Assembly: GCA_036231405.1 (NCBI GenBank)
Contig: JAZAHK010000046.1
Location: 96,001 to 160,000 of the forward strand
Source: Nitrospinota bacterium
GTDB taxonomy: Bacteria; UBA8248
Reading direction: 5' to 3'
DNA length: 64,000 nucleotides
How positions within the stretch are numbered: the first letter of the stretch is position 1; each line of letters starts with the position of its first letter. This document shows, piece after piece, positions 38,428 through 48,760 of the stretch. The position numbers were made by a program, and so were the translations under genes. The notes below the pieces were generated by a model. That model had not been told where the DNA came from. It saw only the letters and a program-made list of their open reading frames with translations, and made no database searches.

Positions 38428-39495
38428 TTATTCGTTTGGAATAAGAACCACTTTTACCGCCCCATCTTTTCTTTCTCTCATCATTTTAATTCCTTCTTGA
38501 ACCATCGAAAGAGGAATTTGGTGTGTGATCATTTCGCTTATATTAAGATTTCCCGCAACGACATGATCAATACAGGGCTGGAAGGAATAAGGATGTCCCC
38601 TTGAACCAATAATGATTTTTTCTAAATGTTGAATAGGCTGAAAATCGATAGGAATCTCCATCCCGGAAACTCCAACAATTACTGCTCTTCCACCCTTGCA
38701 CAACATTTCTACAGATTGTTGAATTGTTTTAGGCTGATTCCCTCCAACTATTTCGAAGCTAACTTCCACGCCTTCACCATCTGTGAATGCTTTGACTTTC
38801 TCTACAGGGTCTTCCTCTATAGCATTGATGGTTTGATCAGCTCCCATTTTTTTTGCAAGTAAAAGTCTGTCTTCAACCGTATCGATCGCAATCACCTTTG
38901 AACCAATTTGTTTTGCGCAAACAAGAGTGCATAATCCAATTGGACCAACTCCTATAATTGCGACGGTTTCATTTTTTTCTAATTTTGCTCGGTTGTTGAC
39001 AACATGATAACCAGTGGCAAGTGTTTGCATGACTGAGGCCGTAGCATCATCCAATTCATCTGGGATTGGGACCAATTTATTTGCGGGGGCAATTACGTGT
39101 TGGCTATATCCTCCGTCAACCGTAGTTCCAATGGATCTAGAGTTGTTGCATAAATTTTCGCGCTTTTTTTTACAGTATCTGCATTCTCCACATGCGACAT
39201 GATTCTCGATACAGACCCTATTCCCAATGATTTTTTTTGAAACATTTTTGCCAACATCTAGAACTTTACCCATAAGTTCGTGTCCTGGAACCACTGGTAG
39301 ACGAGCCCTTTTAGTATGGCCGTCAATTAAGTGAAAATCACTGCCACAAATTGCACATGCTTTCACTTCTACAAGTGCTTCATCTTCCTTCGGGATAGGG
39401 ATTTCTCTTGTTACTAAACACAGATTATTTGGTCCCTTTAAGACAGCGGCAAGTGACTGCGATTTATCCAAAAATTTCTCCTTTAAAAAATTCAT
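38428..39495 (-). CDS. Zn-dependent medium-chain dehydrogenase (threonine/sorbitol dehydrogenase-like)
   Basis: ICGSD.H, PGHE, CGECRYC...NLC, GVGPIG, KVVL.P. Confidence 0.92.
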   Translation of the reverse strand: MNFLKEKFLDKSQSLAAVLKGPNNLCLVTREIPIPKEDEALVEVKACAICGSDFHLIDGHTKRARLPVVPGHELMGKVLDVGKNVSKKIIGNRVCIENHVACGECRYCKKKRENLCNNSRSIGTTVDGGYSQHVIAPANKLVPIPDELDDATASVMQTLATGYHVVNNRAKLEKNETVAIIGVGPIGLCTLVCAKQIGSKVIAIDTVEDRLLLAKKMGADQTINAIEEDPVEKVKAFTDGEGVEVSFEIVGGNQPKTIQQSVEMLCKGGRAVIVGVSGMEIPIDFQPIQHLEKIIIGSRGHPYSFQPCIDHVVAGNLNISEMITHQIPLSMVQEGIKMMRERKDGAVKVVLIPNE

Positions 39496-39599
39496 TGTAT
39501 TCTCAATATAATAATTTTATTTTCGCGTTGCTAGTGTTGTGTTTTTTTTTTATTTGTTAAGCTTTGGAGTATAACTCAAGATTCACAGATGAGGGTCTA

Positions 39600-40691
39600 G
39601 TGGTTGTTCCTAAAAAACAAATAGGAATTGGTTTAGTGGGTGCGGGAAGAATGGGCTCTTTGAGAGCACATTTATCTGCTACTTCTCCACAGGTAGATTT
39701 TCTAGCTATATCAGATATTGACAAAGAAAGAGCGAAGGGACTCGCACAGCAAACGGAAGCTGCTTTTTTTACAGATGATAATAAAGCTGTAATTGAACAT
39801 CCAAGTGTAGGTGCTGTGATAGTTTCAACTCCCGAAGGCGAACATACTGAATGGATATGCCTTGCTCTTGAGAACCGGAAGCCCGTTTTAGTCGAGAAAC
39901 CTATTGCTTTGAGTTTAAAAGACGCAGATATGATTTTGGAAACACAGAAAAGGACTGGGACAGAACTTTACATAGGTTACACACAACGTTTAAGAAGGAA
40001 ATTTCTTGCTGTAAAGGAACATATTCAGGATGGTCGTCTTGGGAAAGTGATGTCTGGCAGGCTATGTATATATAATCCAATGTCGGTTGCTAAACAGGTC
40101 TATCAAAGAGCTCCTCATGCGAGTCCAATTTCCGATTCTTTGACTTATATGGCTGATATGGCACTCTGGTTTTTCGATCCATTAAAACCAGTTCGTGTTT
40201 ATGCGATTGGCGGTAGTAAAATTTTTTCTTCGCATCCTGAGAAACTAGGGGATTATGGTTGGGCTATAGTAACTTTTGAAGATGGCTCTGCTGTAAGTCT
40301 TGGCTCCTCTTGGATACTTCCTGAAAAATGGCCTGCAACTGTCGCTACCATTAGTATGGATATTTTCGGCAGTGAAGGTGCAATTCGAATTGATGATGGG
40401 CATAAAGACGTCATGATGGTTAGCGAAGAAGAGATGCCTTCTCCCTATGTTCCCAGTTCTTCATTTAATGTTTCTTTTTTGGGTTCATCTATGCCAGGAG
40501 ACTGGGCGGTTGGAGAATTTATCGGTCCAATGAGAGATGAAACTAGATTGTTTGTAGAAAGGGTAACTATTGGTAAAGAGATACCTCTTTGCGATGCAAA
40601 TGCTGGGAGGAATGCTCTTGAACTCACCGTTGCTATAGAGAGAAGTGCTATTCAAGGTGGAGAGGTAATCGAACTTCCTTTGAAAGGATAA
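39600..40691 (+). CDS. Gfo/Idh/MocA family oxidoreductase (paralog 1)
   Basis: GAGRMG, VSTPE..H, VLVEKP, IGYTQR; start placed at GTG 39600 behind SD GAGGG. Confidence 0.9.
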   Translation: MVVPKKQIGIGLVGAGRMGSLRAHLSATSPQVDFLAISDIDKERAKGLAQQTEAAFFTDDNKAVIEHPSVGAVIVSTPEGEHTEWICLALENRKPVLVEKPIALSLKDADMILETQKRTGTELYIGYTQRLRRKFLAVKEHIQDGRLGKVMSGRLCIYNPMSVAKQVYQRAPHASPISDSLTYMADMALWFFDPLKPVRVYAIGGSKIFSSHPEKLGDYGWAIVTFEDGSAVSLGSSWILPEKWPATVATISMDIFGSEGAIRIDDGHKDVMMVSEEEMPSPYVPSSSFNVSFLGSSMPGDWAVGEFIGPMRDETRLFVERVTIGKEIPLCDANAGRNALELTVAIERSAIQGGEVIELPLKG

Positions 40692-40693
40692 AA

Positions 40694-41773
40694 TTGAAAG
40701 AAATTGGAGTTGGTATTATTGGTTCGGGCCGTATGGGAAGGCTAAGGGCAAATCTTATTTCAACTTCTCCTCAGGTAGGTTTTTTGGCTCTTGCAGATCA
40801 GAGTATAGATAATGCGAAGAGACTATCTGAAGAAGTTAACGCAGATTTTTATTCCGAAGACAACGAAGCTGTGATAAATCATTCGAATGTGGATGCAGTG
40901 ATTGTATCCACTCCAGAGTTTGCCCATGCAGATCCAGTTTGTAGAGCTATCGAGTTAGGGAAGCCCGTCCTGTGTGAAAAGCCTATCTCACTTTCCTTAG
41001 AAGACGCTGATAAAATTCTTGATTGTTTGCATAGGCATGATGGAAATTTGCATATTGGATATACACAGAGAGTTCGGAGACGTTTTTTAAATGCGAAAGA
41101 ACAAATTAGTCAAGGGAAACTAGGAGAATTGCAAACTGCTAGAGCTACGCTTTATAATATCATGTCGGGTGGTGCCGAAATCTATAAACGCGCTCCCCAT
41201 GCAGGACCTGTGACAGATACATTGACATATATGGTTGATATTTCTTTATGGTATTTTGAGGGAAGAAGACCAGTCCGTGTCTATGCACAGGGTGGAAGTG
41301 AAATATTTGATCATCATCCTATGGGTTGTGGTGACTGGGCATGGGCAATCCTAAGTCTTGATGATGGCAGTTCAATCAGTTTCGGTTGCTCTTGGATATT
41401 ACCAGATAATTGGCCTTCCAATGTGACTTCTATGGATATGGAAGTCATGGGTGACAAGGGGTCAATTTTCATTGATGATTCGCACAAGTCGTCAATACTG
41501 GCTACTTCTAAGGGTGTGCCGTCCCCTTATGTCCCAGATTTTAAAACTAATGTTGTTTTTCTCGAAAGTATGATGGCAGGGGACTTTTTAGTAGGAGATT
41601 TTTGGGGTCCTATGCGAGATGAGACTCGTTACTGGCTTGATCATGTAGTTGCCGGAAAATCAATTCCTTTGACAAATCCAGAACACGCTCGAACTACTCT
41701 TGAAGTTACACTGGCAATTGAGAAGAGTGCAAAGGAGTCGAAACCGATTGTATTTCCATTGTCTTCCGATTGA
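40694..41773 (+). CDS. Gfo/Idh/MocA family oxidoreductase (paralog 2)
   Basis: GSGRMG, VSTPE..H, VLCEKP, IGYTQR. Confidence 0.9.
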   Translation: MKEIGVGIIGSGRMGRLRANLISTSPQVGFLALADQSIDNAKRLSEEVNADFYSEDNEAVINHSNVDAVIVSTPEFAHADPVCRAIELGKPVLCEKPISLSLEDADKILDCLHRHDGNLHIGYTQRVRRRFLNAKEQISQGKLGELQTARATLYNIMSGGAEIYKRAPHAGPVTDTLTYMVDISLWYFEGRRPVRVYAQGGSEIFDHHPMGCGDWAWAILSLDDGSSISFGCSWILPDNWPSNVTSMDMEVMGDKGSIFIDDSHKSSILATSKGVPSPYVPDFKTNVVFLESMMAGDFLVGDFWGPMRDETRYWLDHVVAGKSIPLTNPEHARTTLEVTLAIEKSAKESKPIVFPLSSD

Positions 41774-41875
41774 TGGTTTTTTCTTTATCGCTGTAATACA
41801 CTGCATTTTTTTAAATGGTATTTTTAGAATTATTCAATTTAGTTTTGTTTCGATAAAATTTTTAGGAGAAGATAG

Positions 41876-42445
41876 ATGTCGGAAGTACACCCATTAATAA
41901 AAAACAGAAGAAGTAAAAGAGATTTTAATGGAGTTCCACCGAAACCTGAAGAATTAAACGCTTTATTAGAGGCTTTCCGATGGGCTCCTTCAGCAAGTAA
42001 TAAACAGCCTTGGAGAGTGATTGTAACGCAGTCAGAAGAGTCCAATAATGCTTTCAATGAATGTTTGAGCGAAGGAAATCGTCAGTGGGCAACCGAGGCT
42101 CCAACTAAAATGATCATTCTCGGAAATCCAGAAGAACAGCCAGAGAGAAATGGGATCCAGAGATGGTTGATCGATGTTGGTATGGCACTAGAAAATCTTT
42201 TGTTGCAAGGTAGCGCGTTCGAACTTACTGTACATGCGATGGCTGGATGGGATGAGGAAAAGGTTCTCGAAAAATTCAAAATTCCAGAACCTTATAGAGT
42301 TGTAGCTCTTTTTGCAGTTGGGTATCCAGGCAAGTTTGAAGATTTACCTCCTGAAATTCAGGAAAAAGAAAAAAAACCTTCAATAAGAAAGTCTTTAAGT
42401 GAATTTGTTTTTTGTGATGAATTTGCAAATGCCTGGGATGATTAG
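41876..42445 (+). CDS. Nitroreductase family protein
   Basis: RRSKRDF, WAPSASNKQPW, DVG.A..NL.L, VGYP, RKSL.E. Confidence 0.92.
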   Translation: MSEVHPLIKNRRSKRDFNGVPPKPEELNALLEAFRWAPSASNKQPWRVIVTQSEESNNAFNECLSEGNRQWATEAPTKMIILGNPEEQPERNGIQRWLIDVGMALENLLLQGSAFELTVHAMAGWDEEKVLEKFKIPEPYRVVALFAVGYPGKFEDLPPEIQEKEKKPSIRKSLSEFVFCDEFANAWDD

Positions 42446-42506
42446 TGTTTAAGGTAGATTTTAGATTAGTTTGAGTTAGATAATTTCCTTAATTTAATGT
42501 AGCAGG

Positions 42507-43202
42507 ATGTTTGTTTTGTTCTCAGCAGATTTGTTCTCAGCAGATTTCATCCAAAAATTGATTGTTTCCCTTCCGTCGATTTTGATTGCTTTGACCGTGC
42601 ACGAAGTTGCACATGGTTGGACGGCTTCAAAATTAGGAGATCCGACAGCTCGATATATGGGCCGTCTCAGTTTAAATCCTATGGTTCATCTAGATCCTGT
42701 AGGTACACTTGCATTTGTGATTTCACTTGCTGCTGGAATTGGTTTCGGTTGGGCAAAACCCGTTCCGGTTGATACAACGAATCTAAAAAATCCAAGAAAA
42801 GATATGGTTTGGATAGCTCTGGCAGGACCGGTTTCTAATTTTTTTCTTGCTATTTTAAGTTTGTTTGTTTTACTTGTAATGCGACATTTCGGAATTCATC
42901 TAAGTTTTGTTGGAGAGCCGATTTATAATATGCTGCGTATGAGTTTTATCGTAAATACAGCCCTTGCTGCATTTAATTTAGTCCCAATTTTACCATTCGA
43001 TGGAGGAAGAATACTACATGGTCTTCTTCCAAGACGTCTTGCTTTTAACTATTCAAGATTAGAGCCCTATGGTTTTTTTATAATCCTTGGTTTGATATTG
43101 TTTAACAAACTGATAGTAATCATGTCTCCAATATTTTATTTTTTACTTGCTACTGAGCGGATATTTGCTATGAATTTGTTTAAAATACTCTTTTGGTTTT
43201 AA
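42507..43202 (+). CDS. Site-2 protease (M50) family protein
   Basis: HEVAH, LGDPTA...GRLSLNP, GWAKPVP, AGPVSN, FNLVPILPFDGG. Confidence 0.93.
   Translation: MFVLFSADLFSADFIQKLIVSLPSILIALTVHEVAHGWTASKLGDPTARYMGRLSLNPMVHLDPVGTLAFVISLAAGIGFGWAKPVPVDTTNLKNPRKDMVWIALAGPVSNFFLAILSLFVLLVMRHFGIHLSFVGEPIYNMLRMSFIVNTALAAFNLVPILPFDGGRILHGLLPRRLAFNYSRLEPYGFFIILGLILFNKLIVIMSPIFYFLLATERIFAMNLFKILFWF
42516..42545 (+). repeat. 15-bp perfect tandem duplication (TTGTTCTCAGCAGAT x2, encoding LFSAD x2)
   Basis: Seen directly at the start of the site-2 protease gene. Confidence 0.9.
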
Positions 43203-43223
43203 AACTATTTTTTAGGAATTTCT

Positions 43224-44201
43224 ATGTCATCAAAAATTCGCTTTCTATCTGGAGTTCAGCCTTCTGGCAGATTGCATATTGGAAACTATTTTGGTGCTCT
43301 CCGCCAGCATATAGCTTTACAAGAAGAGGGAGAGGCATACTATTTTATAGCGAACTACCATGCTATGACTTCTGTACAAGATCCTAATCTGCTTGCTAAG
43401 CAAACTTTTGACGTTGCTCTTGATTATTTATCTTTAGGACTAGACCCTAAAAAAGCAGTCTTTTTTAGACAAAGTGACGTACCCGAAGTGAGCGAATTGT
43501 CATGGATTTTATCTTGTGTTACGGGAAAAGGGCTTCTTGATCGAGCAACTTCGTATAAAGATAAAGTTCAAAGAGGAATTAGTCCATCTATGGGTTTATA
43601 CACGTATCCGATTTTAATGGCAGCTGACATTTTAATTCATAGATCGAATGTCGTACCTGTTGGAGAAGATCAAATACAACATATCGAAATGACAAGAGAT
43701 ATTGCACAATCTTTTAACAATACCTATGAAGAGATTTTCCCACTTCCTTCTTTTAGGTTGGATGAAGGAGCAAAAGTTCCGGGTATCGACGGACAAAAAA
43801 TGAGCAAAAGTTATGGAAATACAATAGAAATTTTTGACGAGGGAAAATCGCTGCGAAAGAAAATTATGTCGATTGTTACAGATTCAACCCCCGTTGAAGA
43901 CCCTAAAGATCCAGAAACTTGTAATGTTTTTAGTCTTTTTAAACTTTTTGCCGACGATAATGAACAGGATTCTTTACGTGAACGATATCTAGCTGGAGGA
44001 TTAGGTTATGGAGATGCGAAAAAAATGTTGCTTGAACAATTAGATAGTTTCTTCACTCCTTTTAGAAAGGAACGTGAAAAATTAAAGGCAGATAAGGAAT
44101 ATGTTAATCAAGTTTTGAAATCCGGTGGAGAAAAAGCACGCGAAGAAGCCCGCAAGACTATGACATCTATTTATAAAGCTGTAGGGTTATCTTCTCGATA
44201 G
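43224..44201 (+). CDS. trpS: Tryptophan--tRNA ligase
   Basis: SGVQPSG.LHIGNY, YPILMAADIL, VPVGEDQ, KMSKS. Confidence 0.97.
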   Translation: MSSKIRFLSGVQPSGRLHIGNYFGALRQHIALQEEGEAYYFIANYHAMTSVQDPNLLAKQTFDVALDYLSLGLDPKKAVFFRQSDVPEVSELSWILSCVTGKGLLDRATSYKDKVQRGISPSMGLYTYPILMAADILIHRSNVVPVGEDQIQHIEMTRDIAQSFNNTYEEIFPLPSFRLDEGAKVPGIDGQKMSKSYGNTIEIFDEGKSLRKKIMSIVTDSTPVEDPKDPETCNVFSLFKLFADDNEQDSLRERYLAGGLGYGDAKKMLLEQLDSFFTPFRKEREKLKADKEYVNQVLKSGGEKAREEARKTMTSIYKAVGLSSR

Positions 44202-44236
44202 AAGTTGTTATTAATTTGTTCTGACAGGAGAAAGCT

Positions 44237-47095
44237 TTGGTAGAAGACTATAAGAATTATTTAAATTTACCTAAAACGTCATTTCCGATGAAGGCAAATC
44301 TGCCTGTTAGAGAGCCTGAAATGCTTTCTCAGTGGCATGAGAAAAATATTTATAGAGAGATACGAAATCAATCAAAGGGAAGGGAAAAATATATCCTCCA
44401 TGATGGTCCTCCTTACGCAAACGGCAATATTCATATGGGGACAGTCCTGAACAAAATTTTGAAAGATATAATCGTAAAGTCTAAACAAATGTCTGGATTT
44501 GACGCTGCTTACGTTCCTGGGTGGGATTGTCATGGTTTGCCGATTGAACATCAAGTAGATAAAGAATTAGGGAAAAAGCGTTTTGAAATTACACCTACTG
44601 AAAAACGTGCATTATGTAGAAAGTATGCAGAAAAATTTATTGATATACAGAAAGAAGAATTCATGCGTTTGGGAGTTTTTGGAGATTGGGAAAATCCTTA
44701 TTTGACTATGAGTTTTGATTATGAAGCTGCAACAGTCCGAGAACTTGGTCGTTTTATGGACGCAGGAAGTGTCTATCTAGGATTAAAACCTGTCCATTGG
44801 GCACCTGGATTAAGGACGGCTCTTGCAGAAGCGGAAGTTGAATATGAAGATATAATAACGACAAGTGTTTATGTGAAATTTCCTCTAAAAAAAGAACAGG
44901 TGTCAAGTTGGGGAGAACGCATTCCTTTTTTGTCAAAAATTGATCCAGAAAAAAAAGTAAGTGTTCTTATTTGGACTACGACTCCGTGGACATTGCCGGC
45001 TAATTTAGCACTGGCATTCCATCCGAGCTTGAAATATTCTATTTTTTCTTATGGAGAAGAGGTACTTATTTTTCACGAACATTTCACCCCTCATTTAGAA
45101 AAAATATTGAGTGAAAGTGAAACTATTGCTCAGGGAAAGTTAGAAAAAATTGAAGATTTTGATTCGAAAATCTTAGAGAATCTTTCGGTTAGTCATCCTT
45201 GGATAAATAGAGACTCTAAAGTAGTTTATGCTGACTATGTGACTCTTGAACAAGGGACAGGTGTGGTTCATACGGCACCTGGTCATGGTCGAGAGGATTA
45301 TGAAACCGGTTTGAAGTATGGATTGGTAATTTATAGCCCTGTAGATGATGGTGGGAGATTTACTGAAGAAATTGAACACTTTGCTGGACAATTTGTTTTT
45401 GATGCAGATCAAGAAATTATTGAATTCTTAAGGGCAAAAAATATGCTTTTTGCTACAGAAAAATATTCTCATCCTTATCCACATGACTGGAGAAGTCACA
45501 GGCCTACTATTTTTAGGGCTACACCTCAGTGGTTCATTTCTATGGAAAAATCTGATCTGAGAAAAAAAGCATTAGATGAGATACGAAAAGTAAAGTGGGT
45601 ACCTAATTGGGGTGAAGAGCGTATTTTCCAGATGATCGAAAATAGACCAGATTGGTGTATTTCTCGTCAGAGATCTTGGGGTGTCCCAATTGTGGCGTTC
45701 CATTGTCAGGATTGCAAACACACCGTTGTTGATGGGAATGTCGCAAAATATGTTGCAGATTTAATGGAGTCAAAGGGTGCTGATGTTTGGTTTGAAAAGG
45801 ATTGCCCTGAACTTTTACCGAATGATTTTGTTTGTCCTTCATGTGGTTCTGACAACTTCAAGAAAGAGACCGATATCCTTGATGTTTGGTTTGACTCAGG
45901 AGTCAGCCAAGCAGCAGTTCTTGAAAAAAACAAAGAATTGACATGGCCTGCAAATATGTATCTTGAAGGTAGTGATCAACATAGAGGTTGGTTTCACAGT
46001 TCCCTTTTGGCTGCAGTCGGGGTTCGTGGGTCTGCTCCTTATCGTGAGGTTTTAACTCACGGATATGTCGTAGATGGGAATGGAAAAAAAATGAGTAAGA
46101 GCCTGGGGAATACTGTAGCTCCTGAAAAAATTATTAAACAGTACGGAGCCGAAATTCTAAGATTATGGGTAGCGGGAGAGAATTATCGTGAAGATATTCG
46201 TTTGTCTAATCAAATACTTGAAAGGTTATCAGAAGCATATCGAAGAATACGAAACACCTGTAGATTCCTATTGGGAAATTTACACGACTACGAAGGGTTT
46301 AAATACGTTTCTATTGATTTTCCTATACAGGAAAGAAATGAAATAGACAGATTAATTTTAAGTAGACTTGATAGATTAATTGAGAAAATTAAGAAAGCTT
46401 ATGAAGACTATGAATTCCATGCTGTTTATCACGCTTTGAATAATTTTTGTGCGGTTGATTTGTCTGCTTTCTATATGGACGTTTTAAAAGATAGGTTATA
46501 CATCTCTTTACCGGATGACCCTGAACGAGTATCAGCTTTAGTCACAATGGATGATGTTCTTGATACTTTGCTTAGACTTATGGCCCCCATACTTTCGTTC
46601 ACATCAGAAGAAGTATATGGTTGTACTAATAGAAGATATGGAGACAGTATACATTTTTCGACTTTTCCAGAAACAGACTCTTCCCGAAGAGATCCTGAAC
46701 TGGAGTCTAAATGGAAAAAACTTCTAGAAATTAGACCTGAAGTACTGAAGGCTATTGAAGAAACCAGAAAAGTCCAGGAAAAGGGGAAGGGCAGTTCCTT
46801 AAATTTTTATGTTTTGATCTTTGCACCTGAAGAGATAAGAGAACAGTTGTCTCCCCTTGCGGAAAAAATGGAAGATATATTTATAGTTTCTGGTGCGGAA
46901 TTAGCCCCTCTAAATTCTGATATCCCTGATGGAATTTTTCAAAGTGATGAGATTGAAGGCCTTGCGATAAAAGTAAATTTAGCAAAAGGTAAAAAGTGCG
47001 AAATGTCTTGGAAAATTTCTGAAGATGTTGGTTCTGATCCAAATTATCCTGATCTTTCTGCACGGTGTGCCCGTATTGTCTCGTCTTTAAACTGA
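44237..47095 (+). CDS. ileS: Isoleucine--tRNA ligase (type 1)
   Basis: [56 protein letters not shown]. Confidence 0.98.
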   Translation: MVEDYKNYLNLPKTSFPMKANLPVREPEMLSQWHEKNIYREIRNQSKGREKYILHDGPPYANGNIHMGTVLNKILKDIIVKSKQMSGFDAAYVPGWDCHGLPIEHQVDKELGKKRFEITPTEKRALCRKYAEKFIDIQKEEFMRLGVFGDWENPYLTMSFDYEAATVRELGRFMDAGSVYLGLKPVHWAPGLRTALAEAEVEYEDIITTSVYVKFPLKKEQVSSWGERIPFLSKIDPEKKVSVLIWTTTPWTLPANLALAFHPSLKYSIFSYGEEVLIFHEHFTPHLEKILSESETIAQGKLEKIEDFDSKILENLSVSHPWINRDSKVVYADYVTLEQGTGVVHTAPGHGREDYETGLKYGLVIYSPVDDGGRFTEEIEHFAGQFVFDADQEIIEFLRAKNMLFATEKYSHPYPHDWRSHRPTIFRATPQWFISMEKSDLRKKALDEIRKVKWVPNWGEERIFQMIENRPDWCISRQRSWGVPIVAFHCQDCKHTVVDGNVAKYVADLMESKGADVWFEKDCPELLPNDFVCPSCGSDNFKKETDILDVWFDSGVSQAAVLEKNKELTWPANMYLEGSDQHRGWFHSSLLAAVGVRGSAPYREVLTHGYVVDGNGKKMSKSLGNTVAPEKIIKQYGAEILRLWVAGENYREDIRLSNQILERLSEAYRRIRNTCRFLLGNLHDYEGFKYVSIDFPIQERNEIDRLILSRLDRLIEKIKKAYEDYEFHAVYHALNNFCAVDLSAFYMDVLKDRLYISLPDDPERVSALVTMDDVLDTLLRLMAPILSFTSEEVYGCTNRRYGDSIHFSTFPETDSSRRDPELESKWKKLLEIRPEVLKAIEETRKVQEKGKGSSLNFYVLIFAPEEIREQLSPLAEKMEDIFIVSGAELAPLNSDIPDGIFQSDEIEGLAIKVNLAKGKKCEMSWKISEDVGSDPNYPDLSARCARIVSSLN

Positions 47096-47595
47096 TGAAC
47101 AACTTTTTGAATTTGCGAGACCTTTTTATATTTGGAATCCTTTTTGCTTTTTTGGACCAGCTCTCTAAAGCCATTGTACAATACAATTTTAGCTTAGGTT
47201 CGAGAAAAAGTGTTTTCCCCGGTTTTTTTGATTTAATTCATGTCAGGAATCCAGGTGGTGCTTTTAGTTTTTTGGCTTGGCTTCCTCCTAGTGTTTCTCA
47301 GTGGTTATTTATTTCAGTTACTTTCATTGCGTTATTCTTTATTGTGTATTTGTTTTTAAATGAGTTTTCAGGTAGTTTTCTCGCTCGATTTGCCCTGATT
47401 TTTATCTTCGGCGGTGGTATTGGAAATTTAGTTGATCGTTTCCTTTACGGTGAAGTAATTGATTTTATCTTGCTTTATTATGGTTCATTTTATTGGCCAG
47501 CTTTCAATATAGCAGATTCTGGAATAAGTGTTGGAGTTACGATACTGTTATTTGTTGTTTTTAAGAACTCGTTTTCAAAACGAAAAACCCGTTAG
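47095..47595 (+). CDS. lspA: Signal peptidase II
   Basis: DQLSK, RNPGGAFS, GNLVDR, VIDF, WPAFNIADS; ATG overlaps the ileS TGA. Confidence 0.95.
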   Translation: MNNFLNLRDLFIFGILFAFLDQLSKAIVQYNFSLGSRKSVFPGFFDLIHVRNPGGAFSFLAWLPPSVSQWLFISVTFIALFFIVYLFLNEFSGSFLARFALIFIFGGGIGNLVDRFLYGEVIDFILLYYGSFYWPAFNIADSGISVGVTILLFVVFKNSFSKRKTR

Positions 47596-47655
47596 CCGAC
47601 AAGGAGAAGCATCAGATTCCCTTGCCATTTTTTATTCTTATATTCTCGAGTTTAA

Positions 47656-48621
47656 ATGTCAGATACTCCTAAAATCATAAAATTAAAAAATAATGATGAA
47701 CGTCAAAGAGTGGATATTTTTCTCAAGAAAAATATCGAGGATCTCTCGCGTTCTCGTTTAAATCAACTCATAAGAGAGAATGATGTAAGTATTAACGGAA
47801 ATAAAAATATTAAGCCTTCTAATAAAGTTTATGTCGGTGATGATATAGAGATAAGAATTCCTCCACCAATTCCTTCATCCATTTTACCTGAGAAAATTAA
47901 CTTAGAAATTGTATTTGAAGATAAACATTTGCTGGTTGTAGACAAACCTCCCGGTATGGTTGTTCATCCAGGCGCTGGAAATACGAAGGGAACTTTAGTT
48001 TCCGCTCTTTTATATTATTGTAGGGGGCAATTATCAGGAATTGGTGGAGTAGAGAGACCTGGGATTGTACATCGTTTAGACAAGGATACCTCAGGATTAA
48101 TCATAGTTGCAAAGACGGATCTAGCGCACGCTAAACTTAGTGCTGCACTAAAAAGTCGAAAAATTGAAAAGAAATATTTGGCGCTCGTACATGGCGTTCC
48201 TTCAAAATTGACAAGTGAAATAGAACTACCTATAGGCAGGCATCCTATACATAGAACTAAAATGGCAGTGGTTCCCAGAGGGAAAACTGCGGTCACATCT
48301 TATAAGGTTTTAGGAGATTCAAAAAATTTTTCTCTTCTGAGCGTGAATATTAAGACAGGACGTACTCATCAAATCCGTGTCCACTTACATCACATTGGGC
48401 ATCCTATTGCATGTGATACGGTTTACACTTATGGGAACAAGCTGAAATCGTCCGAGAATGAAACGAACGAATACTTGAGAGGAAACTTATTTAGACAAGC
48501 CTTGCACGCAAGAAGTTTGAAATTTAACCACCCAATTTCATCAAGGGAAATTTCTGTTGTTTCTAAATTGCCTGCTGATTTTAAGAAAACATTGGACTTC
48601 ATTGGAATTTCATTTAAATAG
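47656..48621 (+). CDS. rluD: RluA/RluD family 23S rRNA pseudouridine synthase with S4 domain
   Basis: VDKPPGMVVHP, RPGIVHRLDKDTSG, TGRTHQIRVH, QALHA; follows ileS-lspA. Confidence 0.88.
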   Translation: MSDTPKIIKLKNNDERQRVDIFLKKNIEDLSRSRLNQLIRENDVSINGNKNIKPSNKVYVGDDIEIRIPPPIPSSILPEKINLEIVFEDKHLLVVDKPPGMVVHPGAGNTKGTLVSALLYYCRGQLSGIGGVERPGIVHRLDKDTSGLIIVAKTDLAHAKLSAALKSRKIEKKYLALVHGVPSKLTSEIELPIGRHPIHRTKMAVVPRGKTAVTSYKVLGDSKNFSLLSVNIKTGRTHQIRVHLHHIGHPIACDTVYTYGNKLKSSENETNEYLRGNLFRQALHARSLKFNHPISSREISVVSKLPADFKKTLDFIGISFK

Positions 48622-48760
48622 GTGAATAGTTTTCGAAATTTCACGTTTCAATACTTTTTCAGTCGGTATTTGCCTCAGATTTATTCTCGTTATAAAGTCC
48701 ATGAGACTTAGGTTTAGCAAATAGTTTATACGTAATGCTCTTTTTGAGGGAGATGTCTTA

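Noticed and set aside
43203-44236. T-box leaders for trpS or ileS
   Set aside because: Intergenic gaps are only 21 and 35 bp.
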